Assembly (NCBI GenBank): GCA_041661965.1
Contig: JBAZTH010000001.1
Coordinates: forward strand, 226,710-290,709
Length of the DNA stretch: 64,000 nucleotides
From: Candidatus Margulisiibacteriota bacterium
GTDB taxonomy: Bacteria; Margulisbacteria; WOR-1; O2-12-FULL-45-9; XYB2-FULL-48-7
Direction of reading: 5' to 3'
Shown: piece by piece, positions 7,963 through 18,980 of the stretch
Layout: each line of letters begins with the position of its first letter
Position numbering within the stretch: position 1 is the first letter of the stretch
Translations under genes and position numbers: made by a program
Notes under the pieces: generated by a model
The model's input: the letters and a program-made list of their open reading frames with translations, nothing else
What the model was told of the DNA's origin: nothing
Database searches by the model: none

Positions 7963-9606
7963 TCAACGATTTTGGTCCCTGGCCGCCTTCAGCCCATCCA
8001 AAAAAAGGCCGAGCGCGGTCATGTAAATAATCGACGGATAAAACCGGCTAATTGCCTCGTAAATCGAAAGTTTTTCCGGCAGGCGGCGCCGCGCTTTGAG
8101 CAGTTTTGCTATGCCGAGGTTATGGCCTTTCCCGCAAACCCGCATGAATCTTTTGAGATCGCGGACAGAGAAGTAGCTGCTGCCCAGGATTTCATTTAAC
8201 AATTTATTTAACCGAGCGTCGACGATTGGCAGATTTACCGGCAATTGTTTCACCGCGCCGGCGGGACTGACGACCTTATGACAGTTGCGCGGATCGATCA
8301 AGGCGGCAAGGCGGCTGTTCTCAAAGGCGGAGAGATTGACGTTTACGGAAAGCGACATCGTTTTGAATTGCCGCATAGTTCGCTTAATGTTTTCCAACTG
8401 GTCGATCAGAATATCGAGCGTGATATCCGGAAAGGTCAGGATGGAGTAATGGACCTGTTTTATGCCGCGGCGGTCGAGAGCCTGCATCAGTTTTTCCGCC
8501 ATCTCAAAGGTGTAGCCTCCCTTGCCTAAATATTTTAAGACGGCGGGATGGAAGCCGTCGGTCCCGATCTTGACGCTCAATGGCTTAACGGCGGCCAGCA
8601 GATCGAGCAGTTGTTTATCCAGTTTGCCGCGCCGGAAAAAAGAGCCGACGCCTCCCTGGAAATCGAAGCGGAAAGAGTGCGACAGGGCCGGGTCGGCGGC
8701 GACCGCCCGCAGGAAAGAGACCGCCCGGGCGCGGTCCTGGAAGAAATCGTCGTCGTCGAAGGTCACCTCTCTGGCGGCGGGCGGGAGGATCCCTTTTTTA
8801 ACCATCAGGTCGATCCGTTTGAGTTCCTGGACGATCCGCTCCGCCGTCCAGGCGATCGGCTGGAGGTGATACTTGTGCGAGCAGAATACGCAGCGGTAGC
8901 GGCAGCCGCGCCTGGTGTTGAGCCGCAGGGCGCCGACCATTTTTATTTCAGCGACCAGTTCCGGATAGCCGACTAGCGCTGGCTGGGCATTGAGCTCCTC
9001 GACGCTCAATATGTTTGGCCGTTCGTCCCAATGCTCGAAATTCCCGGCTTTGACGTAGGTGCCGCGCAGTTCCATGATCGCCGCTTGGTCGACAGTTTGG
9101 CCGATCAGGGCGGAGACCAAAATGGGGAGCGCTTTTTCGCCGTCCCCTTTGACCAGGGCAGTCCCTGCCGGAAAAAATGTCGCCAGGTCTTTTAAGTTGG
9201 CGCAGGTGTTGACCGCCGGGCCCCCGACAATGATCTTGGCCTCGGGGAGCAATTTCCTGATCCAATGGGCTTACTTGAGAGTCTCTCCAAACAGGTCGTC
9301 ATATAATGATAAGGCGAAGACGAGTGGGCGCCCTTCGCCGGCCAGCCGGCCGGACAACGCTTTCTTTTCGCCTTCACCCATTTTAATAAAGGGGAGCCGC
9401 TGAAACTCGACTCTTCCCGCGCCGGCTTCCCTTACGGCCAGGGCCAAGGCGAGGGCGGCATTGGTGATCGAGGAGTATTCTTTGTCCGGGATGGAGCTTT
9501 TGTCGATAAAACGCATATCGAAGACAACAATTGGCTTTCCGCTCCGACGGACGGCCCGGACAGCTGACGGAAAGACCGGCAGGAATTTTCTGATAGCTAG
9601 TTCCAT
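7963..9606 (-). pseudogene. B12-binding (class B) radical SAM enzyme, interrupted by an in-frame TAA at 9271-9273
   Basis: The N-terminal 111-aa ORF (9606-9274) is a cobalamin-binding Rossmann-like domain. After the TAA the same frame continues AHWIRKLLPEAKIIVGGP (B12-domain signature) into the CRYRCVFCSHKY CxxxCxxC radical-SAM core. The track lists the second part from a TTG at 9252. Confidence 0.7.
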
Positions 9607-9657
9607 ATAATTGCTTATCTGGTCCTGGCGGTGGTAATTTCAACCGAAAATTACCCC

Positions 9658-9687
9658 TTGACAAAATATAGTGAAATACCATATAAT
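9658..9687 (+). promoter_or_regulatory. Sigma70-type promoter (TTGACA-18-TATAAT) for the Rrf2-cysK-met operon
   Basis: TTGACA at 9658-9663 and TATAAT at 9682-9687. Downstream ATATAGT-type repeats are possible Rrf2 operator half-sites. Confidence 0.5.
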
Positions 9688-9722
9688 CCCTATCGATATA
9701 GTAGAGTATAGGGAGGTGGGCG

Positions 9723-10175
9723 ATGAAGATAACGTTTAAAGGTGATTACGCGCTAAAGGCGGTCCTGGACTTGAGCGCCCATTTTGGTACGGCCCAGCGG
9801 ATCGAGGAGATCGCCAAGCGGCAGGATATCCCGGTGAAATTTCTGGAGCAGATCCTCCTTTCATTAAAGAAGGGGGGCTTTGTCCGTAGCCTCCGGGGGC
9901 GGAGCGGCGGGTATGAACTAGCCCGTTCGCCGGAGAAGATCACCCTCGGGCAGGTTATTCGTTACGTGGAGGGACCGATCGAGCCGATCAGCTGTGTTTT
10001 GAAAAAGGGTAGGACCCGCTGTGACTTTGCCGACCGCTGCGCCCTGTACGATGTCTTTGACGAGATCGGCGTCTATCTGGCCAAGAAGGTCGATTCGCTG
10101 ACCTTCGCCGAACTGCGCGACCGGCAAAAGAAGAAAGAGATCCAGGGGAAGAAGTACCTGGATTATTCAATATAA
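9723..10175 (+). CDS. Rrf2-family transcriptional regulator (CymR/IscR-like)
   Basis: N-terminal wHTH typical of Rrf2 ([13 protein letters not shown]...SGGYELAR). Its position upstream of cysK and met genes suggests a CymR role. Confidence 0.8.
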   Translation: MKITFKGDYALKAVLDLSAHFGTAQRIEEIAKRQDIPVKFLEQILLSLKKGGFVRSLRGRSGGYELARSPEKITLGQVIRYVEGPIEPISCVLKKGRTRCDFADRCALYDVFDEIGVYLAKKVDSLTFAELRDRQKKKEIQGKKYLDYSI

Positions 10176-10192
10176 TTAAGGAGGAAAAGAAA

Positions 10193-12417
<2,225 letters not shown>

Positions 12418-12428
12418 GAGGGGTCCTT

Positions 12429-13532
12429 ATTTTACTGGTAGAGACCAAATATTTTGAGTTCCCGGAGCTGTCACTGGAGAGCGGCGAGAAGCTCGGGCCG
12501 GTTACGGTCGCTTACGAGGCCTATGGTTCTCTAAACGACGATAAAAGTAACGCGATCCTGATCTTTCACGCCCTCTCCGGTGACGCCCACGTTGCCGGCC
12601 GCCATTCGCCCGAAGATAAAAAGCCGGGCTGGTGGGATAACATGGTCGGTTCCGGTAAAGCTTTTGACACGGATAAATATTTCGTGCTTTGCGCCAATGT
12701 CCTGGGGGGATGCACCGGTTCGACCGGCCCTTCGTCGGTTAATTCAAAGACTAGCAAGCCCTACGGTCTTGCTTTTCCTTTAATCACCGTCAAAGACATG
12801 GTCAATTGCCAGCTTAAACTGCTCGATTACCTGGGGATCAGAACGCTCCTGGCGGCGACCGGCGGCTCAATGGGGGGGATGCTCGCGCTGCAATTGGCGG
12901 TCAGTGCTCCGGACCGGGTCAAGAACATTATCGGCGTGGCGACCTCGGCTCACGTCTCGGCGCAGAACATCGCTTTCAATGAAGTTGGCCGGCGGGCAAT
13001 TATTAGCGATCCTCACTGGTACGGCGGTTCATATTATGATAAAACGCCGCCAAACGATGGCTTGACCATCGCCCGGATGATCGGGCACATTACCTATCTA
13101 AGCGATAAGACGATGCGCGAGAAGTTCGGCCGTAAAGTCCAGCCGGGGAAGGGTTTCGCCGCCAAGTTTGGCGATCCCCAGTTCGAGGTTGAAAGCTATC
13201 TCAAGTACAAGGGGACGACCTTTACCGAACGGTTCGACGCCAACAGCTATCTTTACATCACCAAAGCGATCGACCTTTTTAACCTGGAAGACGAAGGCGG
13301 GGGCTCGCTGGTTGAAGCTTTCAAGAAGGCGACCAGCCGGTTCCTGCTTATTCATTTTACTTCCGACTGGCTCTTTCCGGAATACCAGGCGCTGGAAGTT
13401 GTCGACGCGCTGAAAGAGACGGCTAACGTTTCTTACCGGGTGATCGATTCCAGCTACGGGCACGACGCCTTCCTGCTGGAAGAAGAAGCCTTGACCAAGA
13501 CGATCGTCAGTTTTCTTGAAGGAGCGAAATAA
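12429..13532 (+). CDS. metX: Homoserine O-acetyltransferase
   Basis: Alpha/beta-hydrolase MetX motifs (GGSMGG, HDAFL). The track ORF starts at 12642, but the same frame encodes the conserved N-terminus (VETKYFEFPEL...AILIFHALSGDAHVAG) back to 12378 with no ATG/GTG/TTG. I propose an AUU at 12429 as the start; it lies 7 nt after AGGAGGG. Confidence 0.75.
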   Translation: MLLVETKYFEFPELSLESGEKLGPVTVAYEAYGSLNDDKSNAILIFHALSGDAHVAGRHSPEDKKPGWWDNMVGSGKAFDTDKYFVLCANVLGGCTGSTGPSSVNSKTSKPYGLAFPLITVKDMVNCQLKLLDYLGIRTLLAATGGSMGGMLALQLAVSAPDRVKNIIGVATSAHVSAQNIAFNEVGRRAIISDPHWYGGSYYDKTPPNDGLTIARMIGHITYLSDKTMREKFGRKVQPGKGFAAKFGDPQFEVESYLKYKGTTFTERFDANSYLYITKAIDLFNLEDEGGGSLVEAFKKATSRFLLIHFTSDWLFPEYQALEVVDALKETANVSYRVIDSSYGHDAFLLEEEALTKTIVSFLEGAK

Positions 13533-14134
13533 TGGGTTACCGGACCAAGATCAAACCCGATTACAATATCATCGAAAGCCTGATCCCGGCCGGGGCCAAG
13601 GTCCTCGATTTGGGGTGCGGCGACGGGACCCTTCTTTCCCTGCTGACCGAACGCAAAAAAGTGCAGGGGATGGGGGTCGATATTTACGCCGATGGTTTGA
13701 ATGCCTGTCTTAAAAAGGGACTGCCGGTCCTCCAGCTCGACTTGAACAAGGGGCTCTCTATCTTTAAGGCCGGATCGTTCGATTATGTCGTCTTGAACAT
13801 GACCTTGCAGGCAACTTATAATCCGTTGCAGTTGATCCAGGAGATGGTCCGGGTCGGCCGCAAAGCGATCGTCGGCTTTCCGAATTTCGGGCATTGGAAG
13901 CTGGTCCTGAATCTTTTGCTTAGCGAGCGGATGCCGAAAAACAAAACGCTCCCTTACGAGTGGTACAACACGCCCAACATTCGCCTGATGACGATCAAGG
14001 ATTTCCGGGTCCTTTGCCGGGATAACGGGATCAAGATCATCGGCGAAACCTATCTGGGCGAAGATGGTGAAAAGATCGGCGGCCGCCTGACCAGTTGGCG
14101 CGCCTCCGAAGGGATTTTCCTCCTTTCCCAATAG
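13532..14134 (+). CDS. metW: Methionine biosynthesis protein MetW
   Basis: LDLGCGDG methyltransferase-fold motif and typical MetW length. Its start overlaps the metX stop as TAATG. Confidence 0.8.
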   Translation: MGYRTKIKPDYNIIESLIPAGAKVLDLGCGDGTLLSLLTERKKVQGMGVDIYADGLNACLKKGLPVLQLDLNKGLSIFKAGSFDYVVLNMTLQATYNPLQLIQEMVRVGRKAIVGFPNFGHWKLVLNLLLSERMPKNKTLPYEWYNTPNIRLMTIKDFRVLCRDNGIKIIGETYLGEDGEKIGGRLTSWRASEGIFLLSQ

Positions 14135-14161
14135 CCGGATTTTAGTTATAATAACTCCATC

Positions 14162-15658
14162 ATGCCAAAAAGAGAGAGCGGAGTTCTGCTCCATATCACG
14201 TCGCTCCCGTCCGCCTACGGAATAGGGGACTTAGGCCCCAGCGCCCGCGAATTCGTCGATTTTCTGGCCGAGAGCAAACAGCGTTACTGGCAGGTCCTGC
14301 CGCTTAACCCGACCAATTCCGCTTGCGGCAATTCGCCGTACAGCAGTTTTTCCTCGTACGCGGCGAATCCGTATCTAATTAGCCCCGGGCTCCTCTTGCG
14401 CGACGGTTTGATCACCCGCGAAGATATTGTCCCGTTTCCCCGGCACGCCGAGGATAAGGTCGATTTTGAAGCGGTCCGGCTCTATAAGAACCGGATCTTC
14501 AAGCTGGCTTTTGAACGTTTTAAGGTTGGCCGCGATAAATGGACCTATGACCTTTTCTGTTCCAACAACAAGCATTGGCTTGATGATTTTGCTCTGTTCG
14601 TCGTCTTGAAAGATCATTTCCAGGGTAAAATGTGGAACACCTGGCCGAAAGAACTGCGCGACCGGGACCATCAGGCTTTAGCCGAAGCGCGGCGCAACTT
14701 CCAGGAAGAGATCGAGCGGGAAAAATTCCAACAATATCTCTTCTTTACCCAATGGGAAGAGTTGAAAAAGTACTGCGCGGAAAAAGGGGTCAAGATCTTC
14801 GGCGATATCCCGATCTACGTCAGCTTTGACAGCGCCGATGTCTGGACCAACCCCCAACTCTTCAAGCTTGATGACGATAAAAATCCGACCTTTGTAGCGG
14901 GCGTGCCGCCGGATTATTTCAGCCAGACCGGCCAACGCTGGGGAAACCCGGTCTATGATTGGGATAAGCTTCGGCAGACCGGTTATGAGTGGTGGATCAA
15001 GCGCTTAACGCATAATCTAGCCTTGTTTGACCTGATCCGGATCGATCACTTTCGCGGGCTGGTCGGTTTCTGGCAGATCCCGGCGGCCGAAGAGACCGCC
15101 GTCAACGGTTCCTGGGTGAGCGTTCCGGCCGAGGACTTTTTCTTCCGCCTGACCAAACATTTCAAACACCTGCCGGTCGTGGCCGAAGACCTGGGGATCA
15201 TTACCGATGATGTTCGGGAGACGATGCGCCGCTTCGGTTTCTGGGGGATGAAGGTCCTCCTCTTTGCTTTTGGCGAAGAGAACTCCCATCATCCGTATCT
15301 CCCTCATAACTTTACGCCGGAGTGCGTTGTTTATACTGGGACTCATGATAACAACACTACGCGCGGCTGGTTCGACCACGAGGCGCGGCATGACGAAAAG
15401 GAGCGTCTGGCCCGTTATTTGGGCCGGGCGGTACACGGTCACGAGGTTAACTGGGATATGATCCGGCTGGCGCTGGAATCGGTCGCCGCGCTGGCAATCT
15501 TGCCGATGCAGGATCTTCTGGGATTAGGGGAGAAAGCGCGGATGAACAAGCCGGGGACCCCGAAGGGGAATTGGGATTGGCGGATGATCCCGCACCAAAT
15601 CACCCCGCAATTAACCTTGAAGCTCTGGAAAATGACCGACGAATACGGCCGGGGCTAA
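14162..15658 (+). CDS. malQ: 4-alpha-glucanotransferase (amylomaltase, GH77)
   Basis: N-terminal GVLLHITSLPS...GIGDLG motif and GH77 catalytic-region signatures. Confidence 0.85.
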   Translation: MPKRESGVLLHITSLPSAYGIGDLGPSAREFVDFLAESKQRYWQVLPLNPTNSACGNSPYSSFSSYAANPYLISPGLLLRDGLITREDIVPFPRHAEDKVDFEAVRLYKNRIFKLAFERFKVGRDKWTYDLFCSNNKHWLDDFALFVVLKDHFQGKMWNTWPKELRDRDHQALAEARRNFQEEIEREKFQQYLFFTQWEELKKYCAEKGVKIFGDIPIYVSFDSADVWTNPQLFKLDDDKNPTFVAGVPPDYFSQTGQRWGNPVYDWDKLRQTGYEWWIKRLTHNLALFDLIRIDHFRGLVGFWQIPAAEETAVNGSWVSVPAEDFFFRLTKHFKHLPVVAEDLGIITDDVRETMRRFGFWGMKVLLFAFGEENSHHPYLPHNFTPECVVYTGTHDNNTTRGWFDHEARHDEKERLARYLGRAVHGHEVNWDMIRLALESVAALAILPMQDLLGLGEKARMNKPGTPKGNWDWRMIPHQITPQLTLKLWKMTDEYGRG

Positions 15659-16153
15659 TTAGCGGTAGTTGTTGAATTGAAGGGCGATCGGTAAATTAGC
15701 GGCGTTGACCTTCTGCATGACAGCTTGCAAATCATCGATTTTCTTGGCAATCACCCTAACGCTGTCCCCCTGAATTTGCGCTTGAACTTTTAACCCTGAA
15801 GCTTTGATTAATTTAGTGATCTCTTTGGCCTGCTCCTGCTCGATCCCGTTTTTGATCTTGATCGTTTGTTTGACTGTCCCGCCGAGAGCCGTCTCAATTT
15901 TACCAAACTCAAAAAACTTGAGGGAGAGCTGACGGCGGGCCAGTTTTTCCTGCAAAATATTGACGACGTTCTTCAATTTGAACTCGTCTTCCGAGATTAA
16001 AACGATCTTGTCGTCCCCTTGTTTCTCGATGGAGCTGACGCTCCCTTTGAAATCGAAACGGTTGGCCAATTCCTTGACCGCCATTTGCACGGCGTTATCG
16101 AGCTCCTGCAGGTTCGGTTTGGAGACGATGTCAAAGGTATGGTCTTGTGCCAT
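15659..16153 (-). CDS. yajQ: YajQ-family (UPF0234) nucleotide/c-di-GMP-binding protein
   Basis: N-terminus (SFDIVSK...ELDNAVQMAxKE) and ~160 aa length match the YajQ family. Confidence 0.8.
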   Translation of the reverse strand: MAQDHTFDIVSKPNLQELDNAVQMAVKELANRFDFKGSVSSIEKQGDDKIVLISEDEFKLKNVVNILQEKLARRQLSLKFFEFGKIETALGGTVKQTIKIKNGIEQEQAKEITKLIKASGLKVQAQIQGDSVRVIAKKIDDLQAVMQKVNAANLPIALQFNNYR

Positions 16154-16155
16154 GA

Positions 16156-16827
16156 TTACTCCTGAAGGGCCGTGATGACCGCTTGGGCGAACTCTTCGGC
16201 CGCTTCAGCTCCGCTGCCGGTTACAACCTTGCCATCAGTTTCGACCGCCCGGCCGGTAACGTTAACGCCGACACCTTTAAGCGCCCGCTTGCCGTAAAGC
16301 GAAACCGCCGCTTTCTTCCCTTTACCGAGCGCGCCGCCGTTCACCAAGGCGATGGGGGCGAGGGAGAGGCCGCCGATGACCTTATCTTCTTTGACCGCTT
16401 TAGCGATCAGGCCGGTCGCTGTTTCGCTATGGTTATAAACGGTTACCCCTGGTCCGCCGATGAAAATAAGGGCGTCATAATCGGCCGCTTTGGCGTTCTT
16501 CAGGAGCCCGCAATTGACTTTAGCGCCAAACACGCCGTAAGCGGTTTTCGTGGTTGAGGCAACGGAGACCAGCAGGCCGGCCTCTTCAAAGGTCTTTTTA
16601 ACCGCGGCAAATTCTTTATCGTCAAATTTACTGGGAGCGACAACGAGCAGGACCTTTTTCCCTTCAACGGACGAACCCGCTTCCGCGGTCGCTTCTCCGG
16701 AGACGAGCTCAACTTTTAAGATCTCGAGCTTATAGTCATCCTTGGGAGCGGGACCGCCCATCGCGGAGACCGGACCGGCAATCAACAAAGCACAGAAACA
16801 AAGAGACAGCGCAGCAATTCTTTTCAT
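16156..16827 (-). CDS. DJ-1/PfpI-family protein with signal peptide
   Basis: Signal peptide, then a class I glutamine amidotransferase-like fold (VLLVVAP, DALIFIGGPG). Confidence 0.5.
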   Translation of the reverse strand: MKRIAALSLCFCALLIAGPVSAMGGPAPKDDYKLEILKVELVSGEATAEAGSSVEGKKVLLVVAPSKFDDKEFAAVKKTFEEAGLLVSVASTTKTAYGVFGAKVNCGLLKNAKAADYDALIFIGGPGVTVYNHSETATGLIAKAVKEDKVIGGLSLAPIALVNGGALGKGKKAAVSLYGKRALKGVGVNVTGRAVETDGKVVTGSGAEAAEEFAQAVITALQE

Positions 16828-17165
16828 TTTACTTCATTCCTCCCGTTTACTTTTACTATCTTGGCCTTCAAGGCCTTTGCTTCCTTTAGCGTTGCCAGGG
16901 CGTAGGCGATAATGACGACTTTTTCCCCCTTATGTCCGAGCTTGGCGGCCGGACCGCGGAGCGAGATCTCGCCCGGCCGGCCTTCGATCACGTAAGTCTC
17001 GAAGCGGTGGCTGTTGTCGAAATTAAGGACGTGGACCTTTTCCCCCGGGACCAGGCCGGCCGCTTTGATCAGCTTTTTGTCGATGGCGATGCTCCCCTCG
17101 TAATAGGGGTGAGTGTCGGTCACGGTCGCCATATGAATCTTTGATTTTAAAACGGAAATCAGCAT
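16824..17165 (-). CDS. panD: Aspartate 1-decarboxylase
   Basis: MLISVLKSKIHMATVT...YEGSIAID matches the PanD N-terminus and pyruvoyl-processing Gly-Ser site. I place the start at ATG 17165 (the track ORF extends to 17279). Confidence 0.8.
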   Translation of the reverse strand: MLISVLKSKIHMATVTDTHPYYEGSIAIDKKLIKAAGLVPGEKVHVLNFDNSHRFETYVIEGRPGEISLRGPAAKLGHKGEKVVIIAYALATLKEAKALKAKIVKVNGRNEVK

Positions 17166-17245
17166 CTCTTTGAGTATAGCGAAAAAGCCTTGATATTTCA
17201 AGGAATAAGCTGAAAGCTTAAAGCAATAAGCGGAAACCGTCCTCT

Positions 17246-17279
17246 TGGAAGCCAGCGACAGTATCGTCGCGGCTTCCAA
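17246..17279. repeat. Hairpin A-family element (GGAAGCC-a-GCGAC-agtatc-GTCGC-g-GCTTCC) in the panD / 17302 divergent intergenic region
   Basis: Same nested two-stem architecture as hairpins at 22358, 24006 and 32944, with compensatory base changes. A TATAAT -10 follows at about 17291. Confidence 0.45.
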
Positions 17280-17301
17280 AAAATATCGTGATATAATTTA
17301 G

Positions 17302-17634
17302 ATGGACATGAGATTAATAACGATTGGCCTGATATGTTTGCTTGCGATTTCTCCAGTCTTGGCGACTACGGCTGAAGTGGCCGCTGCCGTGCCGGCTCCT
17401 GTCGTGGCCAGCACTGAAGCCAAGCCGGCCAATTTTTTGACCGAATTTGATATTGTTTTTTGGCAAACTGCTCCTTTTGCCGCTCTCTGGACCTATGTGT
17501 TCGATCGGCTCATTTTTTCTTCTCAACCGGTTCATTGGGACGCGATCGGTATTTTAGGGACGGTGATCTCGGTCGGCAACGCTTCTATCCGGGCGAATAA
17601 GGCAACGCATGATCGAAATTGGCGAAGTTATTAA
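17302..17634 (+). CDS. Hypothetical secreted or membrane protein
   Basis: N-terminal signal-like hydrophobic segment. TATAAT lies immediately upstream, so the transcript may be leaderless. Confidence 0.3.
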   Translation: MDMRLITIGLICLLAISPVLATTAEVAAAVPAPVVASTEAKPANFLTEFDIVFWQTAPFAALWTYVFDRLIFSSQPVHWDAIGILGTVISVGNASIRANKATHDRNWRSY

Positions 17635-17986
17635 GCTTGATGGCGGGCAAGCTGAAGTCCTTTTTCAGCGGAATCCGGCTTGCGGGAACTGCACCGCCTG
17701 CCGGGCCCAGGCGGACGGCACGCTAAAAACAATGGCCGACAACGCGATCGGCGCCAAACTTGGCGAGCGGGTCGAAGTGGAGTTTTCCAGCCGCTCCTTT
17801 GCCCGGGCGGCCCTAATCGTTTTTGGCCTGCCGGTGGTTTTGTTGTTCCTCGGATATTATCTGGGGGGGGTTCTTGGCGCGCTGCTTTTTCTCCTGGCCA
17901 GTTTTGGCCTGATCCTGATCCTGGACCGCTTTTTTTCGAAAAATAACGCACCGAGGATAATTGCCTTATGCACGAAGCGACCGTAG
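17609..17986 (+). CDS. RseC/MucC-family (SoxR-reducing system) protein
   Basis: CGNCTAC cysteine motif followed by two TM helices. Confidence 0.55.
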   Translation: MIEIGEVIKLDGGQAEVLFQRNPACGNCTACRAQADGTLKTMADNAIGAKLGERVEVEFSSRSFARAALIVFGLPVVLLFLGYYLGGVLGALLFLLASFGLILILDRFFSKNNAPRIIALCTKRP

Positions 17987-18321
17987 CTGAAGCGATTTTG
18001 AGTCTGGTCCTCCGCTCGATCCCGGAAGAGGTTGTTCGGGTCAAGCGGGTCAATCTGGTCGTTGGCGCTTTCGGCGGGGTGGAGAAAGAATCGCTCGACC
18101 TTTACTTTAACGCTTTAAGCCAGGGAACGAAAGCCGAAGGGGCGACGTTGGTTATGACGGTCAAGCCGGCCAAACTGACCTGCCGGAGCTGCGGGGAGCT
18201 CTCCTTCTACGATGGCCGGGAAAAACTCCGGGAGACCTGCCTTAAATGCGGCGGACCGAACCGGGTGGAAAAAGAAAAGCTGTTCTATATCGATAATATT
18301 GAGGTAGAAAATGAAAATTGA
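17968..18321 (+). CDS. hypA: Hydrogenase/nickel metallochaperone HypA
   Basis: MHE N-terminus and CxxC...CxxC zinc motif. Confidence 0.8.
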   Translation: MHEATVAEAILSLVLRSIPEEVVRVKRVNLVVGAFGGVEKESLDLYFNALSQGTKAEGATLVMTVKPAKLTCRSCGELSFYDGREKLRETCLKCGGPNRVEKEKLFYIDNIEVENEN

Positions 18322-18964
18322 AATTAAAAGATCTATCTTCGCGACCAACGATCAAGAAGCCGAAGCGGTCAGAAAGAAGCTGGCCGGGTTAGAATTGGCG
18401 GCGGTTAACCTCCTTGCTTCGCCGGGAGCGGGGAAGACCAGCCTCCTCCTTCGTCTGCTTGCTCTTCTCGCGCCGAAGATGGCGGTAGGGGTGATCGAAG
18501 GGGATGTTGCTTCGTCGATCGACGCTGAAAAGATCAAGGCGGCCGGTTACCCGGTCGTTCAGCTTAATACCGACGGCGGCTGTCACTTGAGCGCCGCCAT
18601 GATCGGTCCCGCCCTCGACCAATTGGGGCTCAAAGGACCGGGGATCGTCTTTATCGAGAATATCGGTAACCTGATCTGTCCGGCCGAGTTCGACCTGGGG
18701 GAGAGCCTCCGGCTGGTCGAAGCGAGCGTCCCGGAAGGGGACGATAAGCCGGTGAAGTACCCGGGGATTTTCCAGACCGCCGACGCGATCGTCGTTAACA
18801 AGATCGACCTCTTGGGGCAGGTCGAGTTCGATCCGGAGCTTTTTAACTCCCGGGTGAAGGTCTTAAACGACCGGGCACCGGTTTTTTCCGTCTCCTGCCG
18901 GGCCAATACCGGGCTCGAACCGCTGGCCGACTGGCTGATAAAGCAATTGACAAGAGGGCTCTAA
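18311..18964 (+). CDS. hypB: Nickel-incorporation GTPase HypB
   Basis: P-loop GSPGAGKT, CH motif and NKIDL G4 motif. Confidence 0.85.
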   Translation: MKIEIKRSIFATNDQEAEAVRKKLAGLELAAVNLLASPGAGKTSLLLRLLALLAPKMAVGVIEGDVASSIDAEKIKAAGYPVVQLNTDGGCHLSAAMIGPALDQLGLKGPGIVFIENIGNLICPAEFDLGESLRLVEASVPEGDDKPVKYPGIFQTADAIVVNKIDLLGQVEFDPELFNSRVKVLNDRAPVFSVSCRANTGLEPLADWLIKQLTRGL

Positions 18965-18980
18965 ATGTTAATATGGCCTC

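Noticed and set aside
7735-8199. Plus-strand track ORFs 7735..8199 and 7755..7937 opposite the 272-aa / rSAM genes
   Set aside because: They are antisense to better-supported minus-strand genes. The 272-aa gene has a good SD at its annotated start, and the plus-strand ORFs have none.
9250-9276. Alternative genetic code or selenocysteine/pyrrolysine as the explanation for the in-frame stop in the rSAM gene
   Set aside because: The stop is TAA, not TGA or TAG. All other long genes in the window are intact under the standard code, so a recoded genome is not supported.
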